Shown: piece after piece, positions 47,349-56,710 of the stretch
Position numbering within the stretch: the first letter of the stretch is position 1
Layout of the letters: every line of letters starts with the position of its first letter
Assembly (NCBI GenBank): GCA_002269645.1
Contig: NIVC01004175.1
Span: 1-56,710 of the forward strand
Length of the DNA: 56,710 nt
DNA from: Macrostomum lignano
Lineage: Eukaryota
Direction: 5' to 3'
Notes under the pieces: generated by a model
The model's database searches: none
What the model saw: the letters and a program-made list of their open reading frames with translations, nothing else
What the model was told of the DNA's origin: nothing
Program-made: the position numbers and the translations under genes

Positions 47349-50300
47349 ACTAACTGCAACTTACCACGGTGTCGCTAAGGGCATTAAAGCTTGAGCGGCG
47401 AGCATTATTCGGAGCGATGCCAAGCCGGTCCTGTGAAAATTGTGTACAGTGTGCAAAACCTTGTGATAGGAATTTATTATTCGGTTACCATCTGGGAAAA
47501 CATACTCTTGGTTTCCAACTCAGGCTGGATTAAGATTAAAGCACACTGCACAGATTCACAGGCACAAACCGTTGGCGCGCCCTGCGTAGAAGGCCGTCGA
47601 CTGCCCGTCTTGGAGCCGTTCGGCGTCACAAACGGAATCTCAGTGTTGGGCCCGCCGCCGACCACCTGCTGGATGCCGCTGCCCATCTGATTCGTGAGGC
47701 TGTGCCGCCGCTGCTGCACCGATGGAATCGACAGCGTGAAACTGCGGTTTGCCTCTTCCTAAAGGGTTGACGTACGGAGATTGAAAAACTGAATATTGCG
47801 TTGCGACATGCCTGGCAGAAGTTCAACGAATAGTCAGCTAGATTTACTGATTGCACCTTGTAGTTGTAAACCTATAGTTAACTATAAATAATTTGTGTTG
47901 CTACAGATGAAGTGGTATCGTCGTATGTCATATTTTCTATACTATTTCCTAACAGTAATTCTTGCTCAAGGCTCGCTCACACCGACAGGCGGCTTGCACG
48001 TACACTAACGCTGCGATTTGATTGTCAGTTTGATTAAAGCGTGAACGAGCCTTTTCTGCCACAGACCACGAAGTAAATAAATAACGTTCACCATAAAAAC
48101 AACGCTTAAAGCAATGAACAGATGGGCTTGAAAAAAATACAGGCACACAAGGTAACTTCACAAAAACAATTTCAAGTTTGAACATTCCCTTTGATAAGTT
48201 GCGACACACTCCTTCTCACACACACTGAAATTTCCTTTTCGGAGCATTGAGGATGTGTTTAAGCAGAGGCGTAAGTTTGACTGGTTGGCAAGGACTAAGC
48301 AGGATCTTGTGAAAATTTCGTAGGCGCTTCAAAAGCTTATGGAAGAACAAGAACCCAGGGTTGGTGGAGCTTACTCAAGCGGTATCTTGAGAACGGAAGA
48401 GGGGTTGAGTGGGAATGTATCAGGTTGCAGCAAGGTATGCAAGTAGCAGGAAAGCCAAAACGAGAGAACAGAGCACGAGTAAATTATATTTTGGTTCAAT
48501 TAAGCTGCTTCAGAGAGCTTGGTCACATTAAAAACGGATACAATTTCAGCATAGGTAACACATCGAAAAAATCTAAATAGTATGAAGCTTTTAGAATTTC
48601 GATCCTTCAGATAACCATTAAACCGTGTTCTCTTCACCAAAGATTAGCTATCTCACTGCAATACATCGCTGGCAAATGCTAAACAAATAAATATTCTGCA
48701 TCATGTATTACTGGACCGTCACCGCCACCGCAACCTCCGCTGCAGTCGGCCTGCGGCGCCGAAGTGATGATGACTGGCACTGAATGCGAGTGCTGCGGTG
48801 GCGGCGGAGGCGGCGGTGACGGGGCCTGACGCAACTGCCGAAGACTCTCAGGCAGGTTGGCGCGGATGACAGTCCTGAGCAGTGAGTCGCCGCTGCCGAT
48901 GCCGCCTGCGACTGCCGTCGTCGACGATGCCGACTATCCGTGAAGTGTTGAAGTGTCAACTGTAGGTCCTGTTCACATTTACCCCTTCAGACAAACAAAA
49001 TTAAGAGTCCCTAGGAAGTTTAAGATCGTGACTCCCCACATTAGTTGTACGAATTTTTAATTGAGATGCCACTCAAGTATTGAAAGTGAAGAAATTGAAG
49101 TTGAAAGAGGTTCAAGACAGAACTTGGCTTGAATAGAGAAAATGAAACTGTTGGTTAATACTATATGTTGCAGATAAAAGTTGCAAGTACAAGCATAGCC
49201 GATAAAATATAATCTGGGATTCGTTTCTGGAAACCACTGTATTCTCTAAACTACAAGCTATATATGCTAAGGGGGACTCCATAAAACAAAAATTTCACAA
49301 CGCCAAAAATTCTGCATAGTCCTTGATACACGCCCATACTAAGTTTTCTACGATGTGAAGTTTTCAACGAGTTTCCAGCTTTTGCACCCAGATTTGGAAA
49401 AGTTATTAGCTTTACAGGCTAGTGAGTATTATTTTTAGTAGTATATTAAGTATAATGTAGTTTAGCATCGTTTAGTGTGACTAATAATTTGCGCAAAGTT
49501 GATTATTCAATAAAAACATTCCAAGCTAAGCAAGCAAGCTGAAAGTGCAAGAACTGTAGAGATCGTTTTTAAAAATGGTATCTCACCGCTCCGCTAGCAC
49601 CGCTGCCGCCACTACCGACGAGCAAGTCAGTTGCTGAGCCTTTGCGCGGGCTGGCTCGCAGATTAAAGCCAGGGTTGCTGCCCGCCTTGCTCATCCGACG
49701 CTGCTGGTCCAGCCCTGAGGAGCGGGACAACATGGGGTTGGGAATCGGAATTCGTTATTTGCATGAAACCGTGAATATCGCAATGCTAATTTGATGGTGT
49801 CAAGTGATTTTGGCTCGATATTATACTCTGCAAAGTACTGAAAAGCAATGATTCTTTTTGTCCGCGCATCCGAATCTTAACGTGCTTCTGCCTTTGAGTT
49901 CCTCGCGTAAAAATTGTTTGTGCCAGCGCTCATACTTCGGGTGTGCCAAAATTATTTAGACCATTCTACGCCTGGACGCGACAGAAGCTCGAAGTCACTG
50001 CTTAAAAGAGCTGTCCTTTGTGTATGGATGAGAAGATCCGCGCCACACTACCGTTTTTAATTACTTCAAGGTAGCCAAGTGCCACCAAAGCAGCCAGCGA
50101 CTGCTCCAATGGTGCTGGCGGACCATTAACCAATTCGAACTTCCGAACTGATCGAAGATGAGAAGATCGGCAGGTACAACATGGATAACTTCCGACTAGC
50201 TGGAGATCGACGAGTCGACGGTGCATTAAGGAGAAGATCCGGGCTGCGTTGCATCACTTCAGTGATCCCCTTCACGGAGGCAGAGTGGCATATGCTGGAA

Positions 50301-51776
50301 ACATTCCGTAGCGCATTTCAGAGCGAAGGAATGGACAACATCATTAACAAGTTGATCACACAGTATGAGAGCTGGATCTTTAGTGAAGGCTAGCCTTGCA
50401 AAATGAGCAAAATCTAAGGGAGAGCACAGGCCTCCGGTGGCGAGATGCCTGACAAACAAGAACACTGCTGTTTGTAGCCTTCCCACCCAGTAAGAGGTCT
50501 TCCTTTGCAACAACCGAATCAGGACAGCCAGTAGATAGGACTGGCTGAATTTATCGCCAACTTAGTTTAGCGAACTAGAAATCCCTGGCGATCTCTCAGA
50601 AGTCAGCCGAACTATCTTGACCAAGTCACCTGGCAGTGGGACAGAGCCAGGCCTCACGCAGCCGCAGCAACTCAGCATTACATGGAGAAGCGATCCAAAG
50701 CGATCCGATTGCTGTGACCGGTTTCTGTTTCTGTTTTCCTTGCTGAAGCGAGACTTCGAGCAGCGATATTTTCTGGACGCGCGGCCTTGCAATGAGCAAG
50801 GGATTAGAGATTGGAGATTTAAGATTGGAGATTGGACCTGAAAACAACTGGCCTCGTTCTTGAGTAGCCATCAATTCACAGTGGCGACGATCAGGCTTTA
50901 TCGACCGACTACCTGAACTCTCTGCCAACTCGGACATCAAGGCTCGAACAGTGCTTCATTTACAAGGATATTCGAGACGAGGCATAGGTGACTACCCTGA
51001 TTACAGCAATCGAATACTTTATTATCATTATTATCATAGACGCATTTTGAGAATTTGGTACTGCTATGCAGCCCGAGTATCCTTGGTGTTTAGCTTGAGA
51101 CTTCTGCATCTGCAACTTCGTTATCTTCGCTTTTGATTATTCTCAAACAGGCTTTTCCTTCAGTTCTCAACACTTTCGCATGATTGCGACAGCAACTCTT
51201 TTATTCAATGGCCTTTCAAACTGATTCCATTAACAAGCCCTAAAATTTCATGCGACTAAATACGTTAAACTGATCGGCGCTACTTTCGTTACTTAGCTGC
51301 TTGATACGCTCGTAGTTGTGCTTTTCGTCATTTGCCTTAGGCCAAGCAACTGTACCTCTTGTGTCGTAGAATATGCTGCTTGCTCAGACTGCTTACGAGC
51401 TGCTGCAGCGGGACAGGTGCTTGAGACGTTCCTTGTCTTATTAGAGGCATCCAATTGGCTGTTTCATTGCCACAAAAGAAACAATTGGTTTTCCCTGAGA
51501 AGGGAAACCAAGGGAAATCCCAAGTTAAACATGTCCGAGTCGATCCAATCTCTGTCCAATGAGCATCTAGTTGTGTTGGAGGCATCTGGTTTTATTGGCT
51601 AAGTCACTGCACGATTCTTTCAGCTAATCGAACAAATAGCCTCTTCCCGGCAAACGCTAACCTCTTTGCTTTCCCGTGTTCTATTTTCCACCACTGTTGC
51701 CAGCTGAAAGCTCGACTGCGGGCAAGTAAAACTCGAAGAAAGCTATCAATTAAAATTATTTTTTCGTCGGGCAATC

Positions 51777-52178
51777 ATGCGTTTGCTAGGTACTCTGGGA
51801 ACTGTTTTAGTCCTGATCGGTCTAGCAGCTGCTGGCCGTGAGCAGGATGACACTCAAGGTGCGCTAGAGGAGAAGAGGTTCTCTGCTCCGGGAACCTACG
51901 ACTGGAAAAAGAGGTTCTCGGCTCCTGGGACGTACGACTGGAGGAAGAGGTTCTCAGCTCCTGGAACCTACGACTGGAGGAAGAGGTTCTCAGCTCCTGG
52001 GACCTACGACTGGAGGAAGAGGTTCTCGGCTCCTGGGACCTACGACTGGAGGAAGAGGTTCTCGGCTCCTGGGACCTACGACTGGAGGAAGAGGTTCTCG
52101 GCTCCTGGGACCTACGACTGGAGGAAGAGGTTCTCGGCTCCTGGGACCTACGACTGGAAGAAGAAATCAATGGAATGA
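51777..52178 (+). CDS. Neuropeptide precursor, 133 aa, 8 copies of FSAPGTYDW
   Basis: Signal peptide MRLLGTLGTVLVLIGLAAAG, acidic spacer, 12-aa repeats delimited by KR/RKR/KKR; synonymous variation between the 36-bp units. Confidence 0.9.
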   Translation: MRLLGTLGTVLVLIGLAAAGREQDDTQGALEEKRFSAPGTYDWKKRFSAPGTYDWRKRFSAPGTYDWRKRFSAPGTYDWRKRFSAPGTYDWRKRFSAPGTYDWRKRFSAPGTYDWRKRFSAPGTYDWKKKSME

Positions 52179-55100
52179 GGCTGACACAAATGCCGATTGG
52201 TTTGATGATTGGTACCTAGTTTTCGCCAGCTAAACTGTTTGCAACATCATCCTTTACTGTAGTAATGCTTACACAAGACTGAGCAGGCAGAGTGTATAAG
52301 ATTTTGATTGCTACAATACATTATAAGATCAATAACTCCGATTCCCGGCATTGCGGCACGCTCTAATCACAAAATTCTTGTCTCGGCTGCACTTAAATTC
52401 GCTTTGTCGGTATCCGCCGCAGCGATTATTTTCCCATAGCTACCCTGAAAATAAACAGTCGACGTGCTCTCCCCGCATCGTCTCTCTCTATCCCAGGCTC
52501 TCTGTGTCTGAATATTGCCGACTTTTTTTGACCGCCGGTTTTCTCTGATTAAGCAAGCTCGGGCATAGATAGCAAGTTACCAGTAGCAGAGCTGGGAGCA
52601 TGACCAGCACAAATGCAGAGCTGCAGATAAGGCTGGGCTGGTGAGGCAAACACTGTCTGCTTTGCTAAATTCGTTTTTCTCTCTTTCCCTCTCCTTTTGT
52701 GTTTGTTCCGAATCGGCAGTCCAGAGCCACCTCATCCTGCCGGCCTGTTGGGGGGGGGGGGGGGCAGCAAATACGCGCCTGCAGCAACAGCGGAAGAAAA
52801 AATGGCAATGAAATAAGTTTGCAAGCCGGAAAGCAATAGGCGAGACGTCAAGCTCAGTTTGAACGGATGTAAAAAAGGCTGTCGGATCCATGAGCTAACG
52901 GGTTTTGCAAACCTGTTCTCCGCCGCTCCTCCCCCAGTTTTGGATCGGTTGGAAAAAGCTGGCACTGGCATGACGGCTGGAGCAGTTGTTCCGCTTTCGA
53001 GGCTTACTGGCTGCTCACAATCGATGAGGGACATGTATACATGAAATCACGCGATAAATTAAATCCGAGGTGGCATGTACATGTACTTTGAATTGCTATG
53101 CAAATGACTTTAATTTCATTAATGGTGCATTCAGTATTCGGCATACGCTCGCACTCGTTCCGAAACTCTTGGTCGATCTCTAAGTATCTGGGGCTTGCTT
53201 TGGTCTGCAGTCTCCCAGTCGCTAAGGCTTCGGTTGGTATCCCAAATGTGTTATTCTCGTCTACTGCTGTCTAGTTGACAAATATTTCTCGTTTTTAATT
53301 AGACGGCTAAAATGTAATTTTGATTTGCAAATTAGGGAGTGGATAATCAAATGAATGAAAACTTACGGATCAGAAATTTTCGGAGTCATGAAGTCCCCGT
53401 ATGCTATTTTTGATTGAGCACCACTCAAGCCTCCCAAAATTGTGGATAGCAGAGGGTAGATACACCTAAGTAAAGCCAGTTCTCGGTTTACAATATCAAA
53501 TCGTACTGGAACTGCCGTAAAAAGCAAAGTAATTGCGCTTCATTCCGCTACGCAATTAATGCTCCATATACACTGGCCAACAATGCTCTCATGTTTCAGT
53601 CGGGGTCGCTGAGAATTTACTATCCCCCCATTCCGGCCGCTCCGCTATACTCCCATCTGGACGGCCTCCAGACAGTGACAAATTGACACCGCGGTAAACA
53701 AGACGCGACCTGGGGACGCCCGCTTTGGACAATAAATGGGCTGCAATTGAGAGCAACTCCAACTATGACCAATAGGATGATACAGTCAAATAAAAACGTC
53801 AAAGCGGAGGTAGGCGATCTGATACGGCCCAGACTCGCCGAGATCGGGTGTCTAACACTGTCGGCGAAGAGTTGGTTTTTTTACAACAAACAAAACAATT
53901 CGCATGGGCACCTAATCAATCAAATGCGTCATTGGACTTCCTGTTTATTAATTTCGTGCTAGTGAGCAGGCCGCGATGATTGGCTAATGAGCCTACAGAA
54001 CAGACGGATCGATGAGACACAGGCATAGTGACAGAATCTCCCGACAGAAAAAAGTTTCTGTTTCAAACTACTTTTGTACTTAGAATTTTTATCATAGAAA
54101 CTAATAAAGCCGTGTTCGCGCCACGGAAGACGCCAAAACTCCAAATCCATCACTTCCAAATCGACTAAGGAGTGGTTTTTTCCTGAAATGAATTATTCAG
54201 GAAGCTGGAAAGGCCCCACCCCATTGGGGTCCGCAATCTCGGCTCCGAGAAACTGCTAGCCGGAGAGGCGAGCAAGGCCAATATAATGGCATTAGCTTGA
54301 TTTGACTCGAACTTCGTCGTCATTTTTGCTCAAGCGTCATCAACATGCCTTGAGTGCAGTTTATTCTTCAAGATTGGAACTCTGGGTGATGGATTCCCGA
54401 ATTGTGAGTGCCGACATTGCGTGCTCTGTGGGTTGGCCTGGCAGCAATATTAACAAATAATGACTGCGCGGCTGAGATGAAGAAGGGAGGCGCAGAGCGA
54501 GAAGCGCCATATGGGGAAGACGACAAACAGGCAGTCAAATAAAGCCGGAAACTTGGAGCAACAAGGCCTCAGATGGCTGAAATATGGACTCCGAGGAGGG
54601 TCTGACATTGCTTGACACTGGATGCGGAGGAAACTCGACCCACGGCTTTTCCTTAGCATTGTGAGAGACCGAAAATGCTGCTTTCCTTGCCCAGTCGCTT
54701 TATTGGGTGGACGAAAAACTGGACAGATGAAATCAAGGGTGAATGAAGATTATGCATGCCATCATAGACATCATAAGATCATGTTGATGAATCGATGGTA
54801 GTGCGATTTCAGGTGATCCAATATTATCTCACCTGACCTTATCTAGACCTAGAATGACCCTATCTGACCAGTTTTGCGCCTGTTGTGCGATGCCCAATGG
54901 GATGGGATGACCAATAGACTTTAACCAAATATGGGTGTACTGAGGATATTCATCGATGGTAAATATTTTTCACCATCTAGCTCGTAGATATATATCTGCT
55001 CGGTTGGTCAGCACGCCTCATTAAAGCCAGTCAGTGCTAGCCTACATGCAGCCCAATCGATGCGCTCGCCTATTCCGCGGTTCTCCGACCGAATATGTAG

Positions 55101-56710
55101 CCATGATTTTTCCCGCCAGCCTGTCCCGCCATTCAATCTCCAGTTCTCACTCACTTTGCCGATTGGAAAATTAGCCTAGGAACTCTGAAGCGAGGGCGAT
55201 TGGACTGAGAATCAAACAAGCAAATAAAATTCAGCTTGCTGGCTCAAGTGGAGATCTGAGAGAGGCTGGGTCATGACCTCCGGTTAAATCAAGAAGCATT
55301 TAGTTCTCCGAGCTTTTTGTCTGCCGCCGCTTTTTGGAGTGGCAGCGTTATCTCACTAATTAGCTAATGGCTAAGCATTAACTAACCAGCTAACCTGCCC
55401 CTGAGCCTTCAGACTCTAATTCTTCTCTCTGCAATATAGCTCAGTCCAAACCCGACCAGCTCCCCGACTCCTAGCTTTGATGTGGGAGACCGACGCCACG
55501 CCCCGATCTGCGTCTCGTCTGTTGCTGCAGGCTTTGGGCAGTGGATAGGGGGAGGGGGGGGTTGTCCAAGCGCTAATGCCGCTAATAAAGATTCTCATCG
55601 ATTCGCTGTCTTGGGCCCACCTGTTCTCCCCTAGTCTCTGGGCTGGCACAACAGTTTGGGGATCGAGTTAAACAGCTTCCGAAAATCGAATAGTACCTCA
55701 TCAAATCTATTAACTCGGAGCTTTGCCAACCTACAAGGAGTGACTGGCAATTAACTGCGGACTACAAAGTGACAAAGTGAACTGCCAAGTAGTTTAAGAG
55801 CTGTCTTGTCCTAGGGCTACAGAGACCTCTGTCTAATTAAAAAAGGATTGATTCAATAAAGGCATGGCGAAAAGATAATTAGAAACCCAAATGAGGTCTG
55901 ATTTTCACTGGCTATCAAAGTGTCATCGGAGCAGTTTCAAGAACAAAATAAGTGATGCCTTTTTATCTGAGCTATACATCGATGTAGATAACTCAACAGT
56001 CTGAAAATGACGCGACTGTTGAACCAAGCATTGTATGCTTTCAACATCACTTACGTAAATTTGATTCCTTGGTTGATTTAGCCTAATTCGGTACATTCGA
56101 AAATTCCACAACATTTCCTGCCACGCCCAGAGCTATGGCAATCGAAGGCTCTGAATCCAACAAAGCATTTCGAATGCGCGCAGCGGTTTGAGTAGTGGCA
56201 CTGGATGGAAGTTGCAGGGTACAAGAAATGGCCTTCTGTACTCGTAGAATTTTACCAAATCAATGGAATGTACGCGCGAGAAATTTGGCTACTAAATGCA
56301 CTTCACATGTCATACGAGTACACAAGCACAGTACATAGTACAAAACGAGTCCAGACATGTTTTGGGAAAGAATCGGTTTGTAATTTGCTGTTATGACCTG
56401 TGTAGCTCACCAGTGCATCGACGAAAGTCCGACGCAGCACAGTTAAACGTACTTGGAACGAGAACAGGAATACGTTAGCTGGATGTCAATGAGCATGCGA
56501 ATTTACTAGTAATGAGCAGAATGAGAAGCATAACTGATCGCAGATGTGAGAACGATTTCCATCGACGTACTAAGTAAATTGCAGCTTAAGATTTGCAATT
56601 GCAATTAAAACCATGAGTGCAGCCACCTAGGCGCAGTAAGAAAGTGCCTTCAGAGAAGTTCAGGGCCGCTGTACGTTCTGTGCTAGTGCTGTGCTTTGCT
56701 CTGAAGCGAG

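Noticed and set aside
47477-50393. GC-rich coding-like patches (47477-47719, 48708-48959, 50181-50393)
   Set aside because: May be host exons, but I could not assign frame, splice sites or family.
51870-52165. 36-bp repeats as CRISPR or satellite
   Set aside because: No spacers; variation is synonymous within a signal-peptide ORF.

Overview
The window is eukaryotic, probably animal, genomic DNA. Bases 1-17733 are a nearly complete Polinton/Maverick (adintovirus-type) endogenous dsDNA virus. It has ~307-bp terminal inverted repeats (TIRs), protein-primed PolB, a fibre-like protein, adenain protease, penton, packaging ATPase, major capsid protein and a PLA2-integrase fusion. Many genes carry scattered 1-2 nt indels that look like long-read assembly errors. 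The main finding is a three-part module at 14752-15699. (1) A free-standing Eco47II/Sau96I-like (GGNCC-family) endonuclease gene has no methyltransferase partner. (2) By my manual scan there are no GGNCC sites in the 17.7-kb element. (3) A 333-nt group IC1 intron (15362-15694) splits the one GGNCC site the element cannot recode, the Gly-Pro codons GGT|CCC of the PLA2 calcium-loop motif. The element also carries a family of 30-nt double-hairpin insertions with AT duplications. The rest is host DNA: two tRNA-derived SINEs, MITEs, a hAT-type element with a full-length Ty3/gypsy retrotransposon nested in it, a 2-kb gag/protease-only LTR element, an (AACT)n tract, a small membrane-protein gene and an 8-copy FSAPGTYDW neuropeptide precursor. 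Host species and most host exons cannot be resolved from sequence alone. All motif counts were done by eye.
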